32,000 nt of DNA from Kineococcus radiotolerans SRS30216 = ATCC BAA-149 (GCF_000017305.1 NC_009664.2:3420001-3452000); one strand, 5' to 3'; shown: positions 7,549 to 16,058, counted from the first letter of the stretch. The notes: generated by a model not told the origin, from the sequence alone. Made by a program: numbers and translations.

Positions 7549-8163
7549 ATGACTGCGACGACCCCCGCCACCGCCGACTTCTGGTTCGACCCGCTGTGCC
7601 CCTGGGCCTGGATGACCTCGCGCTGGATGCTCGAGGTGGAGCGGGTGCGCGACATCAGCGTGCGCTGGCACGTGATGAGCCTGTCGGTCCTCAACGAGGG
7701 GCGCGACCTGCCGGAGGAGTACCGGGAGCTGATGACGAAGGGGTGGGGCCCGGTGCGCGTGGTGACCGCCGCCCGCCTGCTGCACGGCGAGGAGGTCGTG
7801 CTGCCGCTGTACACCGCGATGGGCACCCGCATCCACCCGGGCGGGGACAAGGACTTCGACGCGGTCATCGAGCAGGCGCTGGCCGAGGTCGGCCTGCCCG
7901 CGGACCTCGCCGCCGCCGCGCACAGCGGCACCTACGACGCGGAGCTGCGCGCCTCGCACCTGGAGGGCATCACCAAGGTCGGCGAGGAGGTCGGGACCCC
8001 CGTGGTGGCCTTCGGCGACACCGCGTTCTTCGGCCCCGTCGTGACCCCGGCGCCCAAGGGCGAGGACGCGGGCCGGCTGTGGGACGGCTGCGTGCTGGTG
8101 GCCTCCACGCCGGGCTTCTTCGAGCTCAAGCGCACCCGCACCCAGGGTCCCGTCTTCGACTGA
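7549..8163 (+). CDS. DsbA-fold thiol reductase, Rv2466c-like (mycothiol-dependent reductase family), with CPWA instead of CPWC
   Basis: ADFWFDPLCPWAWMTSRWMLEV...WHVMSLSVLNEGRD...GTPVVAFGDTAFFGPVVTPAPKGEDAGRLWDG...FFELKRTRT matches M. tuberculosis Rv2466c end to end from memory. It is divergent from pepN, as in mycobacteria. ATG 7549 is preferred over track start 7516. Confidence 0.85.
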   Translation: MTATTPATADFWFDPLCPWAWMTSRWMLEVERVRDISVRWHVMSLSVLNEGRDLPEEYRELMTKGWGPVRVVTAARLLHGEEVVLPLYTAMGTRIHPGGDKDFDAVIEQALAEVGLPADLAAAAHSGTYDAELRASHLEGITKVGEEVGTPVVAFGDTAFFGPVVTPAPKGEDAGRLWDGCVLVASTPGFFELKRTRTQGPVFD

Positions 8164-8189
8164 CCCGTCCTCGACCGACCCGGCCCGGC

Positions 8190-8885
8190 TCAGACCACGA
8201 TCCGCTGGGGGAGCCCGCGCTCGTCGGGCTCCCCGCCCAGGACGTCGGCCTCCCCGCGCACCCAGCGCAGCGCGGACCACGCGCACGCCGCCGCGTCGAG
8301 GTGGTCGTCGCCGGGCGGCGCGGGCGGTCCCTCCAGCCACCCGGCGAGGGCGGCGACCCGCGCCGCCCGGCCCGGGCCGGTCTTCTTCGACGGCAGGACC
8401 GCCCCGGTCATGGCCGCGAAGGACAGCTCCGGGTGGGTCTCCACGGCGTGCTCGCGGGCCCAGGCGTCCTCGGCCAGCGCCTCGTCGACGGCGAGGACGG
8501 GACCGCGCAGGCCCCAGGTCTGCGCGGAGAGCCCCTTGCCGCCCAGCACCTCCCGCGACCGCGCGCGGGCGGTGGCGTAGTCCGGGGCCCGCAGCACCGC
8601 GCGGGGCGGGACGAGGAAGACGCGGGCGTGGGCGGCGCCGAGGACCCGCTTGGCCAGCCGGTCGGCGGGTCGCCAGTCGTCGTGGGGGAGCCCGATCGGC
8701 ACGTCGAGGCCGACGGCGGCGGATCCCGCGGCGCGGGTGAGGCCGAAGAGGGCGCCGGGGTCGAGGGCGGGCAACCGCTGCCACGCCAGCGACCGCGCCC
8801 GGTCGGGGTTCCCCGCCACCACGGCGACCGCCCAGCCGCCGCGGGCGCCGTCCACCCCGACGACGACGTGCTCCCCGGACCCCAC
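8190..8885 (-). CDS. DUF429-family protein (RNase H-like fold, function unknown), 231 aa
   Basis: GTG 8885 (VGSGEHVVVGVDGARGGWAV...GLDVPIGLP...ETHPELSF...DDHLDAAACAW) fits the DUF429 pattern as I recall it. AGGA lies 7 nt upstream. The rest of track ORF 8190..9575 is antisense to rpiB. Confidence 0.65.
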   Translation of the reverse strand: MGSGEHVVVGVDGARGGWAVAVVAGNPDRARSLAWQRLPALDPGALFGLTRAAGSAAVGLDVPIGLPHDDWRPADRLAKRVLGAAHARVFLVPPRAVLRAPDYATARARSREVLGGKGLSAQTWGLRGPVLAVDEALAEDAWAREHAVETHPELSFAAMTGAVLPSKKTGPGRAARVAALAGWLEGPPAPPGDDHLDAAACAWSALRWVRGEADVLGGEPDERGLPQRIVV

Positions 8886-8921
8886 GGCGCGATCCTGGCA
8901 GGGGGCTGCCAAGCTTGCGCC

Positions 8922-9410
8922 ATGCGCGTCCACGTCGGTACCGACCACGCCGGTTTCGAGCTCAAGGAGCACCTCGTCGCCCACCTGCGCGAGCAGGGCC
9001 ACGACGTCGTCGACCACGGGGCGCCGGTGTACGACGCCGCCGACGACTACCCCCCGTTCGTCCTGCGCGCGGCCGCGGGGGTGGCCGGCGACCCGGGCAG
9101 CCTGGGCATCGTCATCGGCGGTTCGGGCAACGGCGAGCAGATCGCCGCCAACGTCGTCCCCGGCATCCGCTGCGCCTTGGCCTGGTCGGTGGACACCGCC
9201 CGCCTGGCCCGGGAGCACAACGACGCCCAGGTCGTGGGGATCGGGGCCCGCATGCACACGCTGGAGGAGGCCACCCTGCTGGCCGACACCTTCCTGGCGA
9301 CGCCGTTCTCGAACGACCCCCGCCACGTGCGGCGCATCGAGATGCTCGACGCCTACGCGCGCACGGGGGAGCTGCCGCCGCTGCCGGCGGGCGCCGCCGA
9401 CCAGGGGTGA
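8922..9410 (+). CDS. rpiB: Ribose-5-phosphate isomerase B
   Basis: MRVHVGTDHAGFELKEHL...GIVIGGSGNGEQIAANVVPGIRCALAW...AREHNDAQVVGIGARM is the canonical RpiB/LacAB signature. It forms the last 162 aa of artefactual track ORF 5109..9410. Confidence 0.92.
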   Translation: MRVHVGTDHAGFELKEHLVAHLREQGHDVVDHGAPVYDAADDYPPFVLRAAAGVAGDPGSLGIVIGGSGNGEQIAANVVPGIRCALAWSVDTARLAREHNDAQVVGIGARMHTLEEATLLADTFLATPFSNDPRHVRRIEMLDAYARTGELPPLPAGAADQG

Positions 9411-9420
9411 CGGCCGGCTG

Positions 9421-10218
9421 ATGCCGGAGGGGCACAGCGTCCACCGCAGCGCCCGCGACCTCCTCGCCCGGTTCGGGGGAGGGGTCGTCCTGGTGGGCAG
9501 CCCGCAGGGCCGCTTCGCGGAGGGCGCCGCCCTGCTCGACGAGCGCGCGCTGGTGGCGACCGAGGCGCACGGCAAGCACCTGCTCGCCCGCTTCGAGGGC
9601 GGGCGGACCCTGCACGTCCACCTCGGGCTCTACGGGCGCTGGACCTTCGGCGAGGGTGCGCCGGAGGCCCCGCGCGGGCAGGTCCGGTTGCGGCTGGAGG
9701 GCGAGCGGGCCTGGGCGGACCTGCGCGGGCCCACGGCCTGCGAGGTGCTGGACCCCGCGGGCGTCGCCGCGCTGCACGCGCGGCTGGGGGAGGACCCGCT
9801 GCGCCCCGACGCCGACCCGGGCGCGGCCCACGCCCGCATCTCCCGGTCCCGGGTGGGCGTGGGGGCCCTGCTCATGCAGCAGGAGGTCGTCGCCGGGGTG
9901 GGGACGACCTTCCGGGCGGAGGTCCTGTTCCGCAACGGCGTGGACCCCTTCCGGCCCGGGCGCGAGCTGGCGCGGGCGGAGTGGGACGCGGTCTGGGCCG
10001 ACCTCGTGCGGCTCATGGCGGCGGGCGTGCGGGCCGGGCGCATCGTCACCACCCGCCCCGAGCACCGCTCCCGGCGGGGGAGCCCGTCGCGGGCGGACTC
10101 GTTCTACGTCTACGGGCGCGCGGGCCAGCCGTGCCGGGTGTGCTCGACACCCGTGGAGGCGACGCTGGTGGCCGGTCGTCACCTCATGTGGTGCCCGACG
10201 TGCCAGCCCCGGAAATGA
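9421..10218 (+). CDS. nei: Fpg/Nei-family DNA glycosylase (endonuclease VIII-like)
   Basis: The MPEGHSV N-terminus provides the catalytic Pro2/Glu3. An H2TH region (FRAEVLFRNGVDP) and a C-terminal zinc finger (CRVC...CPTCQ) are present. It starts 10 nt after the rpiB stop. The same rpiB-nei adjacency occurs in mycobacteria. Confidence 0.88.
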   Translation: MPEGHSVHRSARDLLARFGGGVVLVGSPQGRFAEGAALLDERALVATEAHGKHLLARFEGGRTLHVHLGLYGRWTFGEGAPEAPRGQVRLRLEGERAWADLRGPTACEVLDPAGVAALHARLGEDPLRPDADPGAAHARISRSRVGVGALLMQQEVVAGVGTTFRAEVLFRNGVDPFRPGRELARAEWDAVWADLVRLMAAGVRAGRIVTTRPEHRSRRGSPSRADSFYVYGRAGQPCRVCSTPVEATLVAGRHLMWCPTCQPRK

Positions 10219-10256
10219 CCACTGTGGGTCAGGTACTTTCTACGCAGGGTGACGAC

Positions 10257-10262
10257 TAGGCT
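10257..10262 (+). promoter_or_regulatory. -10-like hexamer TAGGCT placed 6 nt before GTG 10269 (leaderless-type layout)
   Basis: TANNNT followed by gtcgcc and then GTG. It sits in the least G+C-rich stretch of the nei / PP2C intergenic region. No Shine-Dalgarno sequence is present. Confidence 0.4.
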
Positions 10263-10268
10263 GTCGCC

Positions 10269-11387
10269 GTGCCCCGGTCGAACACCACGCCGCCCGGTGC
10301 GGGGTCGCGACCGGTGCGGTTCCTCGACCCCGCCCGGCGCGACGCCCTGCGCCGCCTCGTCACCCGCCCGCCCCAGGCGGTGGCGCTGGCCGTCCTCGCC
10401 GTGCTCGTCCTCGCCGTGGGTCTCGCCTCGGGGCTCACCTCGTGGGTGCCGCTGACCGCCTTCGTGCCCGTCGTCCTCGTCGGGGCCCTGGTCCTGCGGG
10501 TGTCGCGGATGACGGTCCTGTGCGGGCTGACCGTCGTCGCCGTCGTCGTCGCGGCCGCCCTCCGCGGCGGCGAGCGCCCCGTCGCGCCGAGCCTCGTGGT
10601 CGTCCTCGCGATCACCGCGGGCATGGCCCTCGTCTTCGCCCGCGGCCGCGACCAGCTGGGCCTGACCGGCTACCTGGGCGAGGCCATGCTCGTCGAGCTG
10701 CGCGACCGCCTCCTCGCCCAGGGCGACCTCCCGCCGCTGCCGCCCGGCTGGCACGCCGAGGCCCTGCTGCGTCCCGCCCACGGCGACGCCTTCTCCGGCG
10801 ACGTGCTCCTGGCCTCCCTCGTCCCCGGCACCGACCGCTTCGAGGTGGCCCTGGTCGACGTCTCGGGCAAGGGGCAGGACGCGGGCAGCCGCGGGCTGCT
10901 GCTGTCGGGGGCGCTCGGCGGGCTGCTCGGGGCGGTGGCCCCGCACGACTTCCTGCCCGCCGCCAACCGCTACGTCCTGCGCCAGGACTGGGACGAGGGG
11001 TTCGCGACGGCCGTGCACCTCTCCGTGGACCTGACCTCGGGCGAGGCCGTCGTCTCCTCCGCCGGGCACCCGCCCGCCGTCCACGTCCGCGCCGGCTCCG
11101 GCGCCGACGTGCTGGACTCCGCCTCCGGCCCGCTGCTCGGGGTCGTCCCCGGGGCGGGGTTCCCCCCGCTCACCCTGACCCTCGAACCCGGCGACGCGCT
11201 GCTCGTGTACTCCGACGGGGTCGTCGAGCAGCGCGACGTGGACCTCGGCGAGGGCATCGGCTCCCTGGTCCGGCGGCTGGTGGCGCTGACGCCGGCGCAA
11301 CGGGCGGGCGCCCTGCCGCGGCTGGTCGAGGAGGGCGCCGACGGCGAGGCCGACGACCGCACCGCCCTGCTGCTCTGGCGGGACTGA
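10269..11387 (+). CDS. Membrane-anchored PP2C/SpoIIE-family serine phosphatase
   Basis: The N-terminal third has about 4 hydrophobic helices (AVALAVLAVLVLAVGL, FVPVVLVGALVL, LCGLTVVAVVVAAAL, VVVLAITAGMALVF). The C-terminal part has PPM/SpoIIE motifs (GDAFSGDV...ALVDVSGKG...AGHPP...LLVYSDGVVE...DDRTALLL). Confidence 0.8.
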   Translation: MPRSNTTPPGAGSRPVRFLDPARRDALRRLVTRPPQAVALAVLAVLVLAVGLASGLTSWVPLTAFVPVVLVGALVLRVSRMTVLCGLTVVAVVVAAALRGGERPVAPSLVVVLAITAGMALVFARGRDQLGLTGYLGEAMLVELRDRLLAQGDLPPLPPGWHAEALLRPAHGDAFSGDVLLASLVPGTDRFEVALVDVSGKGQDAGSRGLLLSGALGGLLGAVAPHDFLPAANRYVLRQDWDEGFATAVHLSVDLTSGEAVVSSAGHPPAVHVRAGSGADVLDSASGPLLGVVPGAGFPPLTLTLEPGDALLVYSDGVVEQRDVDLGEGIGSLVRRLVALTPAQRAGALPRLVEEGADGEADDRTALLLWRD

Positions 11388-11392
11388 CCCGC

Positions 11393-12586
11393 TCAGCGCC
11401 CGCCCGCGACCCGGGCCCCGTGCTCGGCGCCGAGGTCCCGCGCCAGCCGGTGCAGGAGGGGGCCGGCCTCGCGCACGCAGACCCGCGGATCGGGTTCGAG
11501 GTCGGTCAGCGACCGGGCGTCGGCGAAGCCGGCCGCCCGCCAGCGCTCCTCGGGCAGCTGCCGCCGCCCGCTGAGCACCACGACGGGCACCCCGCGGCGC
11601 GCCGCCGCGGCCGCCACCCCGACGGGGGTCTTGCCGCCGAGCGACTGCTCGTCGAAGCTGCCCTCCCCGGTGATGACCAGGTCGGCGCCGGTGGCCCGCC
11701 GCTCCCAGCCCACGAGGTCCAGGACGACCTCGACACCGGGCCGGCGCGCCGCGCCGAAGAGCCCGAGCGCGACCAGCCCCGTCCCGCCGGCCGCCCCGGC
11801 CCCGGGGGTGTCGCGCGCGTCGTGACCGGTCGTGGCGGCCAGGACGTCGGCGAAGCGGGTCAGGGCGCGGTCGAGCAGGGCCACGTCGTCGGGGGAGGCG
11901 CCCTTCTGGGGGCCGAAGACCGCCGCGGCGCCCCGGGGGCCGAGCAGGGGGTTGTCGACGTCGGCCGCGAGCGTCCAGCGCGCCGCCCGGGCGCGCGGGT
12001 CGAGGCCGGACAGGTCGATCCGGTCGAGGTCCAGCAGTGCCGCCCCGCCGTCGGGCAGGTCCCGGCCCCGGGCGTCGAGCAGGCGCGCCCCGAGGGCGGC
12101 GAGGATCCCGGCCCCGCCGTCGGTGCCGGCGCTGCCGCCCACGGCGAGGACGACCTCGCGGGCCCCGGCGTCGAGGGCGGCGCGGACGAGCTGGCCGGTG
12201 CCGCGGGTGCCGGCCGTCAGGGGGGCGGGGGTGCCGCCGGGCAGGCGGTCCAGCCCCGAGGCCTGGGCCATCTCGACCAGGGCGACGTCGCCGTTCCGGG
12301 CGGAGGTGGCCTCCACGAGGTCCCCCGTCGGTCCCGCCACCCGGGTCGTGACGGCCTCGAAGCCGGCCGAACGCAGGGCGGCCTCGACCGTCCCCTCGCC
12401 CCCGTCGGCGACGGGGATCTCGGTCGACTCCACCGCGGGCACCGGGCCGCCCGGGCCGGTGGGCGCCGGGAGGGCGGCGAGGAAGCCCTCGCGGAAGCCG
12501 TCGGCGATCGTGCGCGCGACCTCGGCCGCGCTCAGCGACCCCTTGAACTTGTCCGGCGCCACGACGACGTGGAAGGGGGACGACAT
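11393..12586 (-). CDS. Glycerate kinase
   Basis: The N-terminus VVVAPDKFKGSLSAAEVA and the segments ADGGEGT, LAVGGSAGTDGGAG and ITGEGSFDEQSLGGKTP are glycerate kinase family signatures. It is convergent with the PP2C gene, with only 5 nt between the stops. Confidence 0.9.
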   Translation of the reverse strand: MSSPFHVVVAPDKFKGSLSAAEVARTIADGFREGFLAALPAPTGPGGPVPAVESTEIPVADGGEGTVEAALRSAGFEAVTTRVAGPTGDLVEATSARNGDVALVEMAQASGLDRLPGGTPAPLTAGTRGTGQLVRAALDAGAREVVLAVGGSAGTDGGAGILAALGARLLDARGRDLPDGGAALLDLDRIDLSGLDPRARAARWTLAADVDNPLLGPRGAAAVFGPQKGASPDDVALLDRALTRFADVLAATTGHDARDTPGAGAAGGTGLVALGLFGAARRPGVEVVLDLVGWERRATGADLVITGEGSFDEQSLGGKTPVGVAAAAARRGVPVVVLSGRRQLPEERWRAAGFADARSLTDLEPDPRVCVREAGPLLHRLARDLGAEHGARVAGGR

Positions 12587-12592
12587 GCCCGG

Positions 12593-12598
12593 ACCCTA
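12593..12598 (-). promoter_or_regulatory. -10-like hexamer TAGGGT (minus strand) 6 nt before ATG 12586 (leaderless-type layout)
   Basis: The minus strand reads ggTAGGGTccgggcATG. No Shine-Dalgarno sequence is present. Confidence 0.4.
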
Positions 12599-12647
12599 CC
12601 GAGCGCCCCGCGCGGTGGGCGGGGACGACGCGGTGGCCGGGGACGAC

Positions 12648-12680
12648 GCAGCGGCCGCCCCCCGGGGGAACGGCCGCTGC
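12648..12680 (-). terminator. Strong GC hairpin immediately 3' of tRNA-Gly (10-bp perfect stem)
   Basis: gcagcggccg (12648-12657) pairs with cggccgctgc (12671-12680); the loop is ccccccgggggaa. It sits 2 nt beyond the tRNA-Gly 3' end and upstream of the glycerate kinase promoter. Confidence 0.55.
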
Positions 12681-12682
12681 GG

Positions 12683-12756
12683 TGGAGCGGGCGACGGGAA
12701 TCGAACCCGCGTAGCTAGTTTGGAAGACTAGGGCTCTACCATTGAGCTACGCCCGC
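12683..12756 (-). tRNA. tRNA-Gly (anticodon UCC), CCA encoded
   Basis: The reverse complement GCGGGCGTAGCTCAATGGTAGAGCCCTAGTCTTCCAAACTAGCTACGCGGGTTCGATTCCCGTCGCCCGCTCCA folds by hand into a 74-nt cloverleaf. It has a 7-bp acceptor stem, GCTC/GAGC D stem, CTAGT/ACTAG anticodon stem with loop CTTCCAA, and a GTTCGATTC T-arm. Confidence 0.93.
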
Positions 12757-12859
12757 GAGACGGCGCGCGTCACCCTCGGGGGATCGCCCTGGCGCCTCGG
12801 GGGACAGCGTAACGGGTCCGGAGCGGTAGCCTGCTCCCGTACCGCCGCACGGCGGTGCG

Positions 12860-12933
12860 CGGGGTGTGGCGCAGCTTGGTAGCGCGTCCGCTTTGGGAGC
12901 GGAAGGCCCCCGGTTCGAATCCGGGTACCCCGA
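12860..12933 (+). tRNA. tRNA-Pro (anticodon UGG)
   Basis: CGGGGTGTGGCGCAGCTTGGTAGCGCGTCCGCTTTGGGAGCGGAAGGCCCCCGGTTCGAATCCGGGTACCCCGA folds by hand into a 74-nt cloverleaf. The anticodon stem is TCCGC/GCGGA with loop TTTGGGA, and the T-arm is CCCGG-TTCGAAT-CCGGG. CCA is not encoded. Confidence 0.93.
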
Positions 12934-13088
12934 CGGACACGCGGGTGTCGCTCGTCCAGCGACACTCGTCCAGGAAAGAGCCCCGACGCGGACGGCTAGC
13001 ATCTCGCGGTGCGCCGGGGCTGACCGGCGTGCCGCACGCCTGACCACGACCTCCGCACGACGCGGAGAGACCCCAGGAGATCCCCGCT

Positions 13089-14504
13089 GTGAAGAGCGAC
13101 GTCGAGACCCTCAACCCGACCCGGGTGAAGTTCACCGTCGAGGTCGGCTACGACGAGCTGAAGCCCAGTCTCGACAAGGCCTACAAGACGATCGCCGGTC
13201 AGGTCCAGGTGCCGGGCTTCCGCAAGGGCAAGGTGCCCCCGCGCGTCATCGACCAGCGCTTCGGCCGCGCCGCGGTGCTGGAGGAGGCCGTCAACGACGC
13301 GCTCCCGAAGTTCTACCAGCAGGCCGTGGAGGCCTCGGACTTCCTGCCGCTGGGCCAGCCCACGGTGGACGTCTCCCAGGCGCCGGACCCCAAGGACGGC
13401 GGTGACCTCAAGTTCTCCGTCGAGGTCGACGTGCGCCCCGTGCTGGAGCTGCCCGACCTCGAGTCGATCGCCGTGACGGTGGACGACCTGCAGGTGCCGG
13501 AGGAGGAGGTCGAGACCCGCCTCACCGCGCTGCGCGAGCGCTTCGGCACCCTGACCGGTGTCGACCGCCCCGCCGCCGACGGCGACTTCGTCTCCATCGA
13601 CCTGCGCGCCGAGATCGACGGCGAGGAGATCGAGACCGCCAAGGGCATCAGCTACCGCATCGGCCAGGGCAACATGATCGAGGGCCTGGACGAGGCGCTG
13701 ACCGGTGTCGCGGCCGAGGGCTCCACGACCTTCACCGCCCCCCTCGCCGGTGGCGAGCGCAAGGGCCAGGACGCGAGCATCACCGTGACCGTGCAGTCGG
13801 TCAAGGAGCGCGTGCTGCCCGAGGCCGACGACGACTTCGCCCAGCTGGCGAGCGAGTTCGACACCCTCGAGGAGCTGCGCGCCGACCTGCTCTCCCAGGT
13901 CGAGCAGTCGAAGAAGTTCGAGCAGGGCCTCCAGGCGCGCGACAAGGTCCTCGAGAAGCTGCTCGAGACCGTCGAGGTGCCGGTGCCGGAGTCCCTGGTC
14001 GAGGCCGAGATCCACGCCCACCTCGAGCGCGAGAGCCGCCTGGAGGACGCCGAGCACCGCGCGGAGATCGAGGACTCCACCCGCCAGGCCATCCGCAGCC
14101 AGCTGCTGCTGGACGCCCTCGCCGACCGCGAGGAGATCGGCGTCGAGCAGGGCGAGCTGATCGAGTACCTGGTCGGCCAGGCCCAGCAGTACGGCATGGA
14201 GCCCCAGCAGTTCGTCCAGATGGTCGACGGGGCCGGCCAGGTGCCGTCCATGGTGTCGGAGGTCCGTCGTCGCAAGGCGCTGGCCGTGGCGATGGAGAAG
14301 GCCACCGTGACCGACGCCTCCGGCAACCCGGTGGACCTGGAGGAGCTCGTGGGCGGCACCGAGGAGGACGACGTGACCGAGGACGCGACCGAGGACGTGA
14401 CCGAGGACGCGGCGCCCGCCGAGGAGGGCCAGACCGTCGACCCGACCGGCGACGACGAGCAGGCCGCCGCCGAGGCGACCGCCGAGGACCCCGCGAAGAG
14501 CTGA
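13089..14504 (+). CDS. tig: Trigger factor (ribosome-associated chaperone / PPIase) with acidic C-terminal tail
   Basis: [19 protein letters not shown]...[13 protein letters not shown] is the trigger-factor N-terminal signature. AGGAG lies upstream of GTG 13089. It sits upstream of clpP1P2-clpX, as in most actinobacteria. Confidence 0.95.
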   Translation: MKSDVETLNPTRVKFTVEVGYDELKPSLDKAYKTIAGQVQVPGFRKGKVPPRVIDQRFGRAAVLEEAVNDALPKFYQQAVEASDFLPLGQPTVDVSQAPDPKDGGDLKFSVEVDVRPVLELPDLESIAVTVDDLQVPEEEVETRLTALRERFGTLTGVDRPAADGDFVSIDLRAEIDGEEIETAKGISYRIGQGNMIEGLDEALTGVAAEGSTTFTAPLAGGERKGQDASITVTVQSVKERVLPEADDDFAQLASEFDTLEELRADLLSQVEQSKKFEQGLQARDKVLEKLLETVEVPVPESLVEAEIHAHLERESRLEDAEHRAEIEDSTRQAIRSQLLLDALADREEIGVEQGELIEYLVGQAQQYGMEPQQFVQMVDGAGQVPSMVSEVRRRKALAVAMEKATVTDASGNPVDLEELVGGTEEDDVTEDATEDVTEDAAPAEEGQTVDPTGDDEQAAAEATAEDPAKS

Positions 14505-14512
14505 TCCCCGCC

Positions 14513-14547
14513 GCTGTGGGCGCACCGCCGCGCGGTGCGCCCACAGC
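14513..14547 (+). terminator. Intrinsic-terminator-like hairpin after tig (15-bp perfect stem)
   Basis: gctgtgggcgcaccg (14513-14527) pairs with cggtgcgcccacagc (14533-14547); the loop is ccgcg. It starts 9 nt after the tig stop. Confidence 0.6.
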
Positions 14548-14604
14548 GAAAAGGCCCCCGTCCCGACATGGTCGTCGGGGCCTGCGGGTTAGGGTCGATC
14601 GAGA

Positions 14605-14623
14605 TCGGCGGATCATCCGCCGA
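14605..14623. promoter_or_regulatory. Perfect palindrome TCGGCGGA-tca-TCCGCCGA upstream of clpP1 (operator candidate or small hairpin)
   Basis: 8-bp arms with a 3-nt spacer, 58 nt upstream of the clpP1 GTG at 14681. Confidence 0.3.
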
Positions 14624-14680
14624 CCCTCCCGGACCAGTCCGGGGTGGGGGGTCGACGCCAGGAGAGGGCCAGGGAACAGC

Positions 14681-15322
14681 GTGAGCGAGATCTTGAGCGC
14701 ACCGGGACTGGTGACGCCGCAGCAGGCCCGCACGGGCACGCCGGGGATGGGCCTCGACGACAACGTCTACCAGCGGCTCCTGCAGCAGCGGATCATCTGG
14801 CTCGGGACCGAGGTCCGGGACGACATGGCCAACGCCATCTGCGCGCAGCTGCTGCTGCTGGCCGCGGAGGACCCGGACGCGGACATCTTCATGTACATCA
14901 ACTCGCCCGGCGGATCGGTGTCCGCGGGCATGTCGATCTACGACACCATGCAGTACATCAAGCCGGACGTGGCGACGATCGCCACCGGCATGGCCGCGTC
15001 GATGGGGCAGTTCCTGCTCTGCGCCGGGGCCGCGGGCAAGCGCTCGGCGCTCCCGCACGCGAAGATCATGATGCACCAGCCGCTGGGCGGTCTGGGCGGT
15101 TCGGCCAGCGACATCAAGATCCTCGCCGAGCAGATCATCGCCACCAAGAAGCAGATGGCCGAGCTCATCGCGCAGCACTCCGGCCAGACCTTCGAGACGA
15201 TCACCCGCGACTCCGACCGCGACCGCTGGTTCTCGGCGCAGGAGGCCAAGGAGTACGGGCTCATCGACCACGTCGTCGGTCACACCAGCGAGGTCGAGGG
15301 CGGGGGCGGCACCGATGCCTGA
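14681..15322 (+). CDS. clpP1: ATP-dependent Clp protease proteolytic subunit 1
   Basis: [55 protein letters not shown]...GMAASMG...IMMHQP contains the catalytic Ser/His context. AGGGA lies 5 nt upstream of GTG 14681. The start is uncertain. Confidence 0.92.
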   Translation: MSEILSAPGLVTPQQARTGTPGMGLDDNVYQRLLQQRIIWLGTEVRDDMANAICAQLLLLAAEDPDADIFMYINSPGGSVSAGMSIYDTMQYIKPDVATIATGMAASMGQFLLCAGAAGKRSALPHAKIMMHQPLGGLGGSASDIKILAEQIIATKKQMAELIAQHSGQTFETITRDSDRDRWFSAQEAKEYGLIDHVVGHTSEVEGGGGTDA

Positions 15323-15365
15323 GCTGTTCCGCCCCCCGTTCGACGCCCAGATGGGAGACCGCCCG

Positions 15366-16022
15366 ATGATGACCCCGCAGTCGCGCCCGAACCCGGCGCA
15401 CGGCCCGTCCGCGCGCTACGTGCTGCCGCAGTTCGAGGAGCGCACGTCCTACGGGATGAAGCGCTCGGACCCGTACACCAAGCTCTTCGAGGACCGCATC
15501 GTCTTCCTCGGCGTGCAGGTGGACGACGCCTCGGCGGACGACATCATCGCCCAGCTCATCGTCCTGGAGTCCCAGGACACCGAGCGCGACATCATCATGT
15601 ACATCAACTCCCCGGGCGGGTCGTTCACGGCCCTCACGGCGATCTACGACACCATGCAGTACATCCGTCCGGACATCCAGACGTACTGCATGGGCCAGGC
15701 GGCGTCGGCGGCGGCCGTGCTGCTGGGTGCGGGGGCTCCCGGGAAGCGCTTCGCGCTGCCCAACTCGCGCATCCTCATCCACCAGCCGGCGATGGCCGGC
15801 GGCGACTACGGGCAGGCCTCCGACCTGGAGATCCAGGCCAACGAGATCCTGCGCATGCGCTCCTGGCTGGAGAGCACGCTGGCCTTCCACTCCCACCGCA
15901 CCGCCGACCAGGTGCGCGAGGACATCGAGCGCGACAAGTTCCTCACGGCCCGCGAGGCCGTGGAGTACGGCTTGATCGACGAGGTCCTCACCAGCCGCAA
16001 GGCGTCGGCTCCGCCGCTCTGA
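15366..16022 (+). CDS. clpP2: ATP-dependent Clp protease proteolytic subunit 2
   Basis: ARYVLPQFEERTSYG...RIVFLGVQVDDASADDIIAQLIVLESQD...[12 protein letters not shown]...GQAASAAAVLL...ILIHQP is close to mycobacterial ClpP2 from memory. ATG 15366 has GGAG 8 nt upstream and gives an N-terminal length like ClpP2. Track start 15315 (8-nt overlap with clpP1) remains possible. Confidence 0.92.
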   Translation: MMTPQSRPNPAHGPSARYVLPQFEERTSYGMKRSDPYTKLFEDRIVFLGVQVDDASADDIIAQLIVLESQDTERDIIMYINSPGGSFTALTAIYDTMQYIRPDIQTYCMGQAASAAAVLLGAGAPGKRFALPNSRILIHQPAMAGGDYGQASDLEIQANEILRMRSWLESTLAFHSHRTADQVREDIERDKFLTAREAVEYGLIDEVLTSRKASAPPL

Positions 16023-16034
16023 ACACTCAGCGTC

Positions 16035-16058
16035 ACTCATGCGCAGCAGCGCGTGAGT
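16035..16058 (+). terminator. Hairpin 13 nt after the clpP2 stop (10-bp stem with one G-U pair); possible terminator/attenuator before clpX
   Basis: actcatgcgc (16035-16044) pairs with gcgcgtgagt (16049-16058); the loop is agca. Confidence 0.35.

Noticed and set aside
4015-8784. 1589-aa minus-strand ORF, and the 1433-aa plus-strand ORF 5109..9410
   Set aside because: Both are off-frame or antisense to pepN, the DsbA-like gene and the DUF429 gene, and both have low-complexity Arg/Gly/Pro composition. Only the last 162 codons of 5109..9410 are real (rpiB).
12683-12933. Divergent tRNA-Gly/tRNA-Pro pair as a possible integration hotspot or genomic-island border
   Set aside because: There is no integrase, no partial tRNA duplication and no direct repeats nearby. 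The flanking genes (glycerate kinase, tig) are core genes.
12936-12965. Two mutually exclusive small hairpins just after tRNA-Pro (gacac-gcgg-gtgtc and gtgtcgc-tcgtcca-gcgacac)
   Set aside because: The stems are short (5-7 bp). This is probably just a tRNA 3' processing or termination structure, with too little signal to call a switch.
15315-15365. Upstream ATG 15315 for clpP2, overlapping clpP1 by 8 nt
   Set aside because: It is possible. ATG 15366 has a properly spaced GGAG and gives an N-terminal length similar to mycobacterial ClpP2. The start is left as uncertain rather than called.
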